From contig NC_043000.1 in NCBI RefSeq assembly GCF_006345805.1, forward strand, positions 99,882,001-99,946,000: a stretch of DNA of 64,000 nucleotides, written 5' to 3'. Each line of letters begins with the position of its first letter. Positions within the stretch are counted from its first letter, which is position 1. The position numbers were made by a program, and so were the translations under genes. The DNA comes from Octopus sinensis (taxonomy: Eukaryota). The notes under the pieces are model-generated. The model was not told the origin of the DNA and ran no database searches. It saw only the letters and a program-made list of their open reading frames with translations. Below are positions 11,135 to 23,560 of this stretch, in pieces.

Positions 11135-11385
11135 CAAAAATGGGACAATAGCGCAAGACATCCAGACAGACGATACAAGAAAAACAAGGACGGATCATTC
11201 GGACTTTTCTATCCCCAGTCGAGTTCCAGATTATCTTTGCAATTTCGGCTGGTTATACTCGAGATTGCTCCAATATGGCCAGCCCCAAGGAACAATAAAC
11301 TAAGAGCATTACATTCTTTGGAAGAAAGCAGCGAATGTATACGAAACAAGGACGAAAAAAAACAAACAGAAATGTTACACAAATA
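11133..11385. repeat. Dispersed repeat family E (possibly PLE-terminal derived); other copies 49558-49985 and 50464-50878
   Basis: Shared cagtcgagttccagatta.ctttgcaattt.ggctggttatactcgagattgctccaat.tggccagccccaagga in all three copies. Confidence 0.85.
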
Positions 11386-11566
11386 TAATATATGCATGCA
11401 TACATACATACATGTATGCACGCACGCACGTATGTATGTATGTATGTATGTATGTATGTATGTATGTATGTATGTATGTATGTATTGTGTGCCGTATGTC
11501 ACACAGTATGGATTAATTGTGACAATCAATACGCACGCATGCTCACTTAAGAACATAGATAACATA

Positions 11567-12430
11567 CCTGGTCTGATCAATAAGTATCCAGACGGTTGCC
11601 ATAATGGCGACGCTAAAGCACGTAGAGTGAAGCCGCTTGGCACAGATTGATCGTGAACAATGCTATGCATGCGCACTAATAGCTCACTCCCGCTGTTTAC
11701 AGCAGTGCTTGGAAGGAACGTGTGTAGCGTGTGATCGTCGTATTGGCCATGACAGAGATAGTTGGGCAGAGAATCTGCATCAACTTTTGCTAAAAGCTTG
11801 GTGATACCTGCTCAGAGACATACGCAAAGTTTTCAAGAAGTTTTCATCGTTCTCAACACAATTAAGGAGATCTTATGCCACTGAAACACGAGTGTCTTTT
11901 TGGTCAGCTGAAAGCACTTTTGTCACAAACTTGGCAGACAAGCGTCTCATACTCAAATCTTCGGGGATTATAAAGATCCTCTGATAACTCACGGATGACT
12001 CGACGATTTCCCATCACAGCTGCACCTCCCACCTGCGATGTTTCTCAGTTCTGCTGGCTGGGGGTCTCCCGAAACGTTCGTCAATATCGACATTTTTTCT
12101 GTCATCTTGGAAACGTTCGTCAATATCGACATTTTTTCTGTCATCTTGGAAATTACCGAACCACTTGTACACTTACATGCGGCTCATACACTCCTCTCCA
12201 TACACTTTCTGCAATCTTGCGTAGGCCTCTGAGCAGGTATCGCTATGGCAACTTTCTCTGTCATGGTCAATGCAACGATCACACGCTACACACGTTCCTT
12301 CCAAGCACTGCAGTAAACAGTGGAAGTGAGCTAGAACATTCAAACTTAGTGAGCATGCACAGCAGAGTTCAAGGTCAATCTTTACCAAACGGCTTTAGCC
12401 TGTGTATCAACCTATATATATCCAGAGTTG
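11567..12430 (-). mobile_element. Internally deleted mariner element with long imperfect terminal inverted repeats
   Basis: TA+CCTGGTCTGATCAATAAGTATCC mariner-type end at 11565; 11625-11765 inverted to ~12248-12395; minus-strand DIDERFGETPS, NRRVIRELSEDL, EDLSMRRLSAKFVTKVLSADQK (WVPxxL-motif region). Confidence 0.85.
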
Positions 12431-12483
12431 TACATACATACATACATACATACATACATACATACATACATACATACATACAT

Positions 12484-12514
<31 letters not shown>

Positions 12515-12777
12515 TACACACATACATACATACATACATACATACATACATACATACATACATACATACATACATACATACATACATACATACATACATA
12601 CATGCATACATACATACATATATATATACATATATACAAACGTACGGATATCGTTATATTGTGCATATGGAAAGCAAATATGAAAAAAAAATTGTAGCTA
12701 TTTATGTGTGATGCATTATGTGAAAATTTCTAGATTTGTATATAAGAACGTCTATTCTCGTGCATTCGCCAAATTGA

Positions 12778-12857
<80 letters not shown>

Positions 12858-12942
12858 GTGTGTGTGTGCGTGCGTGTGTTTATATACATATGTATGTAGT
12901 GTCTGCGTCGTTTACGTATGGCAAGATACATGTATATATGTT

Positions 12943-13033
<91 letters not shown>

Positions 13034-13720
13034 AGGGAGAGAGAGAGAGACGTACTTATATATAGCTTAGTTAGAAACATATTTGGACACGCCAATAAAG
13101 AATTTATATCAATAAAACAGTTGAAAATTTCTTAGAAGAAAGCTAACACCAACGTTAACTTTACTCCTCCCTATACAGTCTACGCTCTATTTGTAATTGA
13201 ACTGGTATTATCTTTAATAAAAGTTCATTAGACATTTGATTAATCATTAAAAATTTGATTAGTTATTAAAAATTTGATTAGTCACTAACTGTGACCTGAC
13301 AGGACACATCTATAACCTGAACTCTATAACCTTGCTTTACATACGTGCCTAACCAAAATAAACAGTAAAAATCCCCAATTATCAAGCCAGAAAAACTCTC
13401 TCCACTATTCATTCGTCTCCAATCACATGCTACAAATATATAGTCTCCGCCAATTCTTCCACTTCAGCCTAAAAATTCACATATATCACATCTAGTTTTC
13501 ATAGATATTGCTCAGGCCACGAAAAGAACATCCTACCAAAAGCATCATAAATAAGGCTTGAATCTGGGAATCCATTGTCAAGCTTTTCCTTGTAAAAATG
13601 AACATACATACATGCATGAATACATATATACATACATACATACATACATAAATACACGCATATTTAGATATGTTAGCTCGATAATGACGGGATACTCAGC
13701 TACTTCGCACGCGTGCGTGT

Positions 13721-13755
<35 letters not shown>

Positions 13756-14042
13756 CGTATGTATACATACATACATATTACACACTCATACATACACACA
13801 TTATACATCTTGTGTGTGAAAATATACGTAGGACTGTTACTGTCATGTCTGGAGCTTATATTCCAGTCTGATTCCAGTATAGTTGTTAAGTAACTCCCAT
13901 ACTAAGTAGTATTACTAATTATACAAATACAGAGCGAATGTAGGAGAAATTACGATAAACAAGTTTATATTATTAGTTCCTACATACGTTTCACCATTAT
14001 GGTTGTCTGGAACCCTACAATAGGGAAACGTACATAGTAACT

Positions 14043-14206
14043 AATAATTCTTTCTACTATAGACACAAGTCCTGGAATTTGAGGGGTGGGGGATAGTCGG
14101 TCACATTGACCCCAAAAGGATGAAAGGCAAACTCAGAACATAGGGACAGACGTAACGTCGCAAAGCATTTTTCCAGGTGTGCTAATGATTCTGTCGGCTC
14201 GCTGCC
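14043..14206 (-). mobile_element. tRNA-derived SINE family B, degenerate and internally deleted
   Basis: aaggatgaaaggcaaa core, ctcagaac B-box remnant, old-type tail ctttctactatag. Confidence 0.7.
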
Positions 14207-14437
14207 CTCCTACGTAGGGACTAATATAAACTTGTTTATACAGTTCTATATTCAAGAGATGAAGAATTATTTACATTATTTACATTCGACGGATATTTGT
14301 CATCTTGTTTATTGTTAACACAACATTTCGGCTGATACACTCTTCTTCAGGTGTCCTGGGGAAATTTCGAACCTGGGTTCTCATTCCTAAGGTATTTTTC
14401 GATGTTGTTGTTGTTGTTGCTGTTGCTGTTGTTGTTG

Positions 14438-14509
<72 letters not shown>

Positions 14510-14520
14510 TATTATGTTCA

Positions 14521-14589
14521 GGTTACTGCTTGGAATCGAACTCGGAATCATGGCGTTAGTATCCCGCGCTCTTAACCACTGCGCCATAT
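14521..14589 (-). other. tRNA-derived Pol III head (A and B boxes) of the hammerhead SINE; not a functional tRNA
   Basis: Minus strand TGGCGCAGTGGTTAAGAGCGCGGGATACTAACGCCATGATTCCGAGTTCGATTCCAAGC; acceptor stem not formed. Confidence 0.8.
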
Positions 14590-14602
14590 AACAACAACAA
14601 TA

Positions 14603-14647
<45 letters not shown>

Positions 14648-14714
14648 TAATAATAATAACAGCAACATCGAAAAATACCTTAGGAATGAGAACCCAGGTT
14701 CCAAATTTCCCCAA

Positions 14715-14760
14715 GACACCTGATGAAGGCTGGAATGTATATCAGCCGAAACGTTGTGTT
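14715..14760 (+). ncRNA. Minimal type I hammerhead ribozyme, canonical C3-G8 core
   Basis: GACAC-CTGATGA-A-GGCTG-GAATGTATAT-CAGCC-GAAA-CGTT-GTGTT: stem I 5 bp, stem II 5 bp, loopless palindromic stem III (AACGTT), GUU site after 14755; the inverted copy at 14316-14356 has lost the 5' arm of stem II. Confidence 0.85.
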
Positions 14761-15039
14761 AACAACAAACAAGACGAGGACAAATATCCGTCGAATGTAA
14801 ATAATGTAAACTTGTTTATTTTTATTTCTCCCACACGTTCACATATAACCTGTACCCACACCCACACACATCTTTTATTCTATACTTGTTGCAGCCAAGA
14901 CATATATTTTAGGCCTGGTACCTATTTTATCTGTCATCTTGCCGAACCACTAAGTTATGGGTTTGTAAACACTCCAATACAGGTTGTCAAGGAGTGGTGG
15001 GTAACAAACACAGACAGAAAGACACAGAACATACATATA

Positions 15040-15413
15040 GGAGCAGGAGTGGCTATATGGTAAGTAGCTTGCTTACCAGCCATATGGCTCCGGGTTCAGT
15101 CCCACTGCGGGGCACCTGGAGCAAGTGTCTTCTACTATAGCCTCGGGCCGACCAAAGCATTGTGAGTGGATTTGGTAGTTGGAAACTGAAAGAAGCCTGT
15201 CATATTTATATATATATATATGTATATGTTTGTGTGTCTGTGTTTGTCCTACCACTATCGCTTGACAACCGATGTTGGTGTGCTTACGTCCCCGTAGCTT
15301 AGCGGTTCGACAAAAGACACCGATAGAATAAGTACTAGGCTTACAAAAGTCGATCTGTTCGACTAAAGGCGGTTCCAGCATGACCGCAGTCAAATGACTG
15401 AAATAAATAAAAG

Positions 15414-15415
<2 letters not shown>
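15040..15415 (+). mobile_element. tRNA-derived SINE family A, full length
   Basis: gcaggagtggct..tggtaag A-box, gggttcagtcccactgcg B-box, body gaagacac/gtgagtggatttggtag, tail ggcggttccagcatgaccgcagtcaaatgactgaaa. Confidence 0.9.
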
Positions 15416-15468
<53 letters not shown>

Positions 15469-15502
15469 ATAATATATATTATATATATATATATATATAT
15501 AA

Positions 15503-15542
<40 letters not shown>

Positions 15543-15634
15543 AGAGAGAGAGAGAGAGAGAGAGAGAACGAAAGAGAGAAAGAGAGAAAGAGAGAGAGAG
15601 AAAGAGGGGGATAGAGAAAGAGGGGGATAGAGAA

Positions 15635-15792
15635 AGAGCTTCCTTCAGTTTCCGTCTACCAAATCCACTCACGGACCGTTGGTCGACCAAAGGCTATAAT
15701 AGAAGACACTTGCCTAGGTGTCACGCAGTAGGACTGAACCCGGAACCATGCGGTTGGGAAGCAAGCCTCTTACCACACAGCCACGCCTGCGC
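15635..15792 (-). mobile_element. SINE family A, 5' half, inverted relative to 15040 copy
   Basis: Reverse complement of the family A head and body. Confidence 0.88.
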
Positions 15793-15850
15793 TTATATAT
15801 CGTCTGTAAAAGACATAAATCCGAAAGAAGAAGCACACTCTAAGATATAG

Positions 15851-15891
<41 letters not shown>

Positions 15892-16599
15892 ACTACGTAT
15901 GTGTATGTATGTATGCCAGAAACCTATACACTGGATAGCGAAGACAAGCAATGTCATCCCATTTAACACTATAAATATTAATTTTTATGTATACAGAGTA
16001 AATATTTGTGTAATTAATTCTAATAATGTTTATTTAATGTATAAAACAAAAAAAAAAAAACTCTATAAATTGACAATATTTTAATGATAGTTTTCCCGAG
16101 CCTTATAACATACGTAAATAACGTGCGATATTTGTAAACCAGCGTTCCATGATCTAAAAAAGGTAAAATTTATTGAATATAAAAGCATTAAGGCACATAT
16201 GATCCTGCTATTTATTCAGTGTCATTAGAGAGTCATTAATGCGCCGGGTGTGAGGGTGGGGTGTATGTGTGTAGTAAATTGCATCCCTTTTCTGATTAAT
16301 CGACGTTGAAGATTTATATTTTATTTCCGATTTCTGTTTAGCTGCCAATTTTCAATCTCTTCAATCTCTGTTCGAATTGATTTTATATTCGCTGTAATGA
16401 TATAGTTTTATATACTAATAAATGCCATGAAATTCATTTTTGCCATAAATCAATAAATAAAGAGTTAATAACTCATAAAGTTTGCAAATTTTGGGTAATT
16501 TTTGCCAATCGCAAGCCGCAGATACATTCATGCCTTTTCGATAGTATCAAGCCAAAACGAGAACTCTTTTGTCTTCGAGAAAGCACGTGTTGACAAATA

Positions 16600-16790
16600 T
16601 ATTCTATTTGTGCTAAAAATATCAGCATGTGCTAAAGATATCAGCTAAATTGGCCTTAAATCACGCACACACAAATTTTTAGTTTGGGTTTTTTCATAAT
16701 CATATAAATTCCCGTGTGTAGAAAACAAATTCGCAAAAAATTTCTGAAAATTCTAAGAAATGAAAAAGTTATGAGGGGTTATATGGCGTG
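16600..16790. repeat. Unclassified DNA-transposon-like repeat; homologous to ~42145-42310
   Basis: cagctaaat.g.ccttaaatca.acac, ttttttcata, aattccc.tgtgtagaa.acaaatt.gcaaaa shared. Confidence 0.6.
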
Positions 16791-17319
16791 CGTAAAGCTG
16801 AATTACGTCAACATTTCAATTGTTTAAAGTTGACAACACGTGCTGTGACACACAAAATGACAGCTGCTAAATTCTACTTTCTGACTTGGTGAAAATTATC
16901 ATACTTTATACTTCTGTAACTTTTCTTTTTTAAAATTTTCTAGGAAAAGTGAAATATCTCCTGAGATTCAGCTTGGAAAACTATATTAATGTACCAAATT
17001 AAAAAAATTTTAATAAACTTTGAATTTTAGAAAATTGGCAGTCAAACTGAAAAGATCCTTATTTTCTGTGAGTTTATATGATTATATAATTGTAATAATG
17101 AATATTTCTCTCTTTTTCTGTATGTATCCATTTACAATAAATAAAATATGTCTTCAAACCTATCAATCACCAGACGGAAATTATCTAACGCACGCACACC
17201 ATATCACACCACATAACACACAACACAGAATACTCACTCACACTGTTGACCCAGTAGGGGTCAACTTATGCTGAGTGCAAATAATAGCAGAGGTAGTAGG
17301 GAGAAATGTGATATAACCA

Positions 17320-17430
17320 CAAAATCCGTTTTCATTTTAATCCTATCGTTTTCATTTTAATCTATCGGTTATCATTTTAACCCTATCCGTTATAAATTTA
17401 ACCTTACCCGTTATCAGTTTAGCCCCAATT
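17320..17430. repeat. ~21-bp degenerate tandem repeat (cgttttcattttaatcctat-like, 5 copies)
   Basis: Direct reading. Confidence 0.75.
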
Positions 17431-17574
17431 TATAGTTTATGATTTTAGTTGGAAATTTTCATGAAGGGAACTGTACAGCGACAATGGCGTACCGGCTGTA
17501 AATAGAGTTGACTTATATAGAATAAGAAATAAATTATTATAAGTGTAATTAAGGTGGTGACAGAATGAATACAA

Positions 17575-17955
17575 ATATGCTCTTTTATCCTTTCACTTGT
17601 TTCAGTCACTTGACCTCAGCTAAATCGACATCAGGACTTTTTAAGCCTAGTATCTATTTAATCGATCTCTTTGGCCGAGCCGCTAAGTTACAGGGACGTA
17701 ATAACACCGTCACGGATTTTCAAGCGGTAATGTGGGGGGGGGGAGGGGTGCAAACACAAACACAAAGACACACACACACACACACACACACACACAACAA
17801 CATATATATATATACACACATACACACATATACGACGGGCTTTTTCAGTTTCTGTCTACCAAATCCACTCAGAAGGCTTTGATCGACCCAAGGTTATAAT
17901 AGATGATAATTACCCAAGGTGACACATTGTCGGACTGGTCCCGGAACCATGTGGT
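17575..17955 (-). mobile_element. SINE family A, head truncated
   Basis: cctttcacttgtttcagtcacttgac tail, gccgctaagttac, ccaaatccactca. Confidence 0.85.
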
Positions 17956-18065
17956 TTACGATAAAAGCAAAACTTATAACGAAGAAAATAAGTAGAATAA
18001 ACATCCGAAGTTATAAGAGTAGGAAAGATGAGAAATGTTTGTAAGCGTTGAACATATGAATATAG

Positions 18066-18216
18066 ACGCAGGTGTGACTGTGTGGTAAGAAGGTGGCGTC
18101 CGAACCACATGGTTCTGGGTTCAGTCTTACTGCATGGTGCCTTAGATAAATGTCTTCTGCTATGGCCTCGGGAAGCCAAAGCTTTATGAGTGAATTTGGT
18201 AGATAGAAACTGAAAG

Positions 18217-18218
<2 letters not shown>
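18066..18218 (+). mobile_element. SINE family A, 5' half
   Basis: gacgcaggtgtgactgtgtggtaagaag...gggttcagtcttactgc...gaaactgaaagaag. Confidence 0.85.
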
Positions 18219-18264
<46 letters not shown>

Positions 18265-18749
18265 TGTGCGCGTGTGTGTTCCCGTATGTGTGCGTGAGTG
18301 AAGGGGACGGAGGTGAGTTAAAATGATCAGACAATGAAATAAACTAATTAGAACGTGAACTAAATGACGCTGCAATATCATGCCATCGCACTGATATAAG
18401 ACAGAACATTAATATTAAATGCTTACACACACAAATACATACATACATACATACATACATGCATGCATGCATGCATACATACATACATACATACATACAT
18501 ACATACATACATACATACATACGTACGTACATACATACATACATACATACATACATACATACTTACATACATACATACATACTTACAAACATACATACAT
18601 ACATACATACATACATACATACATGTGTACATAAATACCTACACACACATACATACATTCATACATACATACATACGTACGTACGTACGTACCTACCTAC
18701 CTATCTGCATACATACATACTTACATACATACATGCATACATACATACA

Positions 18750-18782
<33 letters not shown>

Positions 18783-19584
18783 GCATACATACATACACAC
18801 ATACATACATACATAATACTTACAAACATACATACATGCATACATACATACATACATACATGCATACATACATACATACATGCATACATACATGCATACA
18901 TACATACATACATACATACATACATACATACATACATACATACATACATACATACGTTTTGCCTATTTTTACTGTTCCATTTACTGATTGTGTTGAATGT
19001 GCATGTAACATTCCCCGTCAGATTTGGGGGTAACAGTCATTGATGGAGATGTTACTAGTCTGGTTTATAGTTTCCCCCTTTTCACAACCATATAACATTT
19101 ATCCTGACCAAACTCCAACTCTACACCCTCTGAGAATGCTGTAACTATGTATGTATGTATGTTTGTATGTATGTATGTTTGTATGTATGTATGTATGTAT
19201 GTATGTATGTATGTATGTATGTATATGAATGTATGTTTGTATGTATGTATGTTTGTATGTATGTATGTATGTATGTATGTATGTATGTATGTATGTATGT
19301 ATGTATGTATGTATGCATGCAAGTATGTACGTGTGTGTGTGTAGTGTGTGCGTGTGTGTATTCATGTTTGTACGTGTCTATATGCGTTTGCTCATTGTGC
19401 CTATATTTACACGTAACATTTGGACGTAAGTAAGGCTGACTCGTTAAAAGCTTTGCTCTGCAATCATGTTCTCTAGAATCGATCGCACTTCTTAGTCTTT
19501 TAGATAAATGATCTTGACAATAATTTTGTATGAAACCTAGGCTCTAACTGAAATAGGTAGGCAAAAGGTGTGTGGGAGCCCGTC

Positions 19585-19940
19585 AGATGGACTTGTAGTG
19601 ATCCTATAACGGTGCGCGCGCGCGCACCGTCCATTTTCTATTTCGCGCGTGCGGTGTTGGTGCCTTCACCAAGGCACAGAAAGGAAGGGCCCTCTCGCGC
19701 ATGCGCGAACCACCGGAAGCACGACCCTTTTGCCTACGTGGTAGTTAGCCAAGGCAAGGGGGTCGTAGAACGTTTGACCACTAGCAGCAGTCAGCGGCGA
19801 CTTGAGACAGCAGCGACTGAAGGCGACGGTCACGCATATTTTCTCTCCGTCCGGACTAGATTCTAGCAGCACCATACCAAAAGGCCTTTAACCAAATTGT
19901 TGCAGACCTCATCTTCTTCCTCCGGACGCCATCTTTAACC
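19585..19940. promoter_or_regulatory. CpG-rich housekeeping-type Pol II promoter
   Basis: Only non-repeat CpG-dense island seen: GGACTTGTAGT (GFY/ZNF143-like, 19589-19599), TCGCGCATGCGCGA (NRF1, 19695-19708), CCGGAAG (ETS, 19713-19719), CGCCATCTT (YY1, 19927-19935). Confidence 0.7.
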
Positions 19941-20525
19941 CGTTCTGTTTTAGCGGCTGAACATTGTAAATATTACAATCGATTAACTTTCAGCCTTGCG
20001 CGCCCAGAACCAAAGGGATACCAGATAACCACTTATTGTTACTGTTACCACATTAGAGAATAAAGTAGTTATATATATTTTACGTCTGCGTCTTGTTGTT
20101 TCTGACTGGTAGAATTCTGGATTATTAAAGCAACGGCTAGTGATTGCCTCTTGTACCCCGAAAGTAAAAGAGAAGATATTCACACTAAGTTCGTTACAGA
20201 CTCTCTGAATCTGTAACTGAAAGACACGCTTTGATACACGTGCTGTCAAGCTATTCTGTTTGAGAATTCCGTGAAGGATACAAGTATCTATTGGAATACT
20301 CAACCAGTTAGGCTCATTCAGAGTGTAGGTACAAGTGCCCTTCGAAAAACTGGTAAATTCATCATCGACACCAATGGAAGTTTATTAATGTTTGTTTACA
20401 AATGTGTGTTTATTAATTGTTATTACTATGTCAAATTACAGAGGGTAAAAACAAGACTTCAGCTGTGATTTCCCTCGTATGACGATGATTAAGCAGAGGG
20501 AGAGGCCGGAGAGGGGGAGAAATAG
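19750..20525 (+). other. Candidate first (largely non-coding) exon of an unidentified host transcript
   Basis: Unique sequence downstream of the promoter, ending in strong donor AATAG|GTAAGA (20526); TSS position is a guess. Confidence 0.4.
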
Positions 20526-22399
20526 GTAAGAGAGGGAGAGTAGATGAAAGGGAGAGAAAGAAAGCGAGAGGGGCAACGAGAGAGTGTGAGAGAAAGTGAC
20601 TGATAGAAATTTTACAAAGATAGGGATATTTATTCGCTTACACTTTCAATACAAACACACATGAACACGCACACATGTATATACATACATGCACAGATAC
20701 ATACACATACATAAATATACGCACACAAACACACACACACGAAATAATATTGTCTAACGTTACTCTTAAAACCTCTGTAAAACATAAGCATAATAGATTC
20801 GAGATAATGATCTGGGACTGAGAACAGAAAGTGTGCACAGTCATGAAAATTAGTTGGAAACTAGGGGAAATTGGAGGAAATCAGAAATTAAGAGGAAATT
20901 AGTAGCAAAAATACAGTACATCTCACCAATGTTAAAAATATATGGAAAAAGAAAGCATTTATGCTGAGTAATGAAAAATCTGCTGACACAACTGGATTAT
21001 AACTTTATGTCTATAGATCTAGATTTGTAATTATCGAGAAACTTAGATATGATAGCTGTCTTGCAGGAATAGGACACGGCTAATTAGAAAATCAGTTGCT
21101 AGGTAAAATACATCAGAAGCTTAACCTCTAATAAATGTATATGCACATGTTAGATACATAAACATACGTATATTCCTAAGTACATATATAAGTGCATTCA
21201 TACACAATCACATACATACATTCCTAGATAAGTCAAAACAGAAATTCACATGTGCAGTGTTTCTCATACTTGTACGCATACGAGTGCGCAGCTGGCGGTT
21301 ATCGATTTGCTGCCAGGTATGACCAAATTTTGCACTAAAATGACCTATTTGATGGTCGCATTGTCATAGTCCTATGACTCAACTTCCAAGATATCAGCGG
21401 CACTTAAACAGTACTATATCCTGACCTCTCCCCACAACCGGGAAAACTACGAAAGTGGCGGTATTTCTTTGTCAGATGCGTGCATGACATACCAAGCGAA
21501 AGATCTGTTGTCATTTAGTGTTTCCAAGAATCCTGTAATGCTATTTGTGATTGGGTAGAATCAAACAAAAAAAGAAGGGCAAAACCTATCGGCATGTTAA
21601 TTTTTATTGTGGAAAAGCCTTGCGCGATACGTGATCCATTTCCTAAATATTTTAAGCTGTAGAAACAAGCAAAATTTCCTGCAACTACAAATATAGCAGA
21701 TTTCAAGAACAGTTTCTAGTATAATGTTCGACAGGCTTCAAGCAGAAGGTTCTCATGTCTGTATTTACGTACAGACGTATAAGCACGCGCGCACATACAC
21801 GTACGCACGCGCGCACTCACGCACACGCGCACGCACACGCGCACGCACACGCGCACGCACACGCGCACGCACACGCAAACACGTATATATTCACACCAGT
21901 GGATGGCCGTTGACTCGCACGACCTTAACGACCCTTTGACGAGTTTTGTTTCTCATCAGTCAAAATGTCCAAAAGAATCAACCTTCTTATCTTGCAAAAT
22001 TAGCGAGGATGCCGGTTTAGTCCTCGACGTTGGATCATACGCAAAGTGTACAGGCTTAAATTGTAATCAGTAGCTGGTTTCTAGTTATCAGGTTTCTGAC
22101 CTGACATATACGTGAATACATACATACATACATACATACATACATACATACATACATGCACACACATGCATGCATTCCATACATACTCACACATACATAT
22201 ATACATGCATGCATACATACATACATGCACACATACATACATACATACACACATACATACATTCATACATATATACACACACATACATACATACATACAT
22301 ACCTACATACATACATACAAACACACACATACATACATACATGCATGTATGCATACATACATACATACATACATACATACATACATACATACATACATA

Positions 22400-22620
22400 C
22401 AGCTCTTGTACCCGGACTATGAATTCTCATTTGTACCTAGCATCATAAGTGCATTAGGTTATTTACCAAATTTGCACAAAAACCTAGAAACATTTGGTTT
22501 CACAAAAGTAGAGCACAAGAAACTCATACGGATCTCCAAATCCAATCTATTAAGAGCACAATGAAGATCTGTAACACATTCCAAATATTCTCCATCTGAG
22601 ATTCTTATGTGAGTAGAGGT
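22400..22620 (+). mobile_element. 3' fragment of a restriction-like-endonuclease (R2/NeSL/R4-superfamily) LINE
   Basis: QLLYPDYEFSFVPSIISALGYLPNLHKNLETFGFTKVEHKKLIR / QSIKSTMKICNTFQ, typical RLE C-terminus (PIIxGALGY...LGF...SIxGTVKICKTF). Confidence 0.6.
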
Positions 22621-23190
22621 ACACACTCGGGTGTGTACAGTTCAACCAATACACCAACTCAACAACACACTTACTAACACAGGGAAATCTCTTAACTTAA
22701 AAAGTCTTGTCGCTTTATTAGAAACCAGCTCGAACTCTCTCAAGAAGAAATTAGATTAGACTCAAGGAAAAATCATGCATAGATACATAAATACAAAATT
22801 GGTTTAGTAAATAGTTATCAATCTGCGAAAGATAGGATTTTCCTGCAAAGAAAGAGATTGGTTAATATGCACTTCACAAAGTGGAGCAGCGAGAGAAAAA
22901 GAAAATGTGCCTAACGTTTTTGAAGTTCAACATGTAACACTTATCACGGTTGTTATCAAAATACTCGACAATGGAGCTTTGATTCTTTCCTAGAAAGAAG
23001 TCTCCTCCTTCTAGGAAACTCTAACGAACAAAACAGGAAAAGAAACCAGACATACATAATGCATTCACATAGAAAAACACATAGCCATCTACATACTCAC
23101 GTACAAACACACACACATACATACATACATACATACATACATACATACATACATACATACATACATACATACATACATACATACATACAC

Positions 23191-23244
<54 letters not shown>

Positions 23245-23250
23245 GTATAT

Positions 23251-23560
23251 ATCACCGTGATCACCGTGACCGACCAGGCTATCAGATGTTGCTACACATC
23301 GCTGGTCACAATGCGCTTCGCATTGTTTTAGCCTTCAAATGACGCCACCCTGCTGGCTAAGCGAGCAGGCCAACAGAAGAAAGAGTGAGAGAAAGTTGTG
23401 GCGAAAGAATACAGCAGGGATTGCCACCACCCCGCTGCCAGAGCTTCGTGGAGCATTAGGTATTTTCGCTCAATAAACTCTCACAACGCCCGGCCTGGAA
23501 ATCGAAACCGCGATCCTACGACCGCGAGTCCGCTGCCCTAGCCACCTGGGCCATTGCGCC
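23251..23560 (-). mobile_element. tRNA-derived SINE family C, full length
   Basis: Minus-strand head ggcgcaatggcccaggtggctagggcagcggactcgcggtcgtaggatcgcggtttcgatttcc; second copy 43226-43520 (+). Confidence 0.88.

Larger units (their letters stand above)
14240..14810. mobile_element. Fold-back cassette: tRNA-head + (AAT)n + hammerhead SINE on minus strand, joined head-to-head to a 5'-truncated plus-strand copy; 13-bp flanking direct repeat
   Basis: TAAACTTGTTTAT at 14227-14239 and 14807-14819; arms ~14270-14520 and 14590-14810 are reverse complements. Confidence 0.88.

Noticed and set aside
11185-11225. CTGAGGA...CGAATGA hammerhead-like motif in family E (minus strand; also ~49665-49700, ~50540-50575)
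   Set aside because: Lacks GAAA and NUH, stem I only 3 bp, stem II not conserved among the three copies
14521-14589. Functional tRNA gene (also SINE heads at 23500-23560, 43226-43300, 55173-55245)
   Set aside because: Acceptor/T stems broken and heads run into repeat bodies; SINE- or pseudogene-derived
19666-19875. ORFs overlapping the promoter (19570-19866 +, 19666-19875 -)
   Set aside because: Expected stop-poor frames in GC-rich DNA; no recognisable domain
21460-21700. Possible Chapaev/CMC transposase fragment
   Set aside because: Only vague similarity; diagnostic motifs not recoverable
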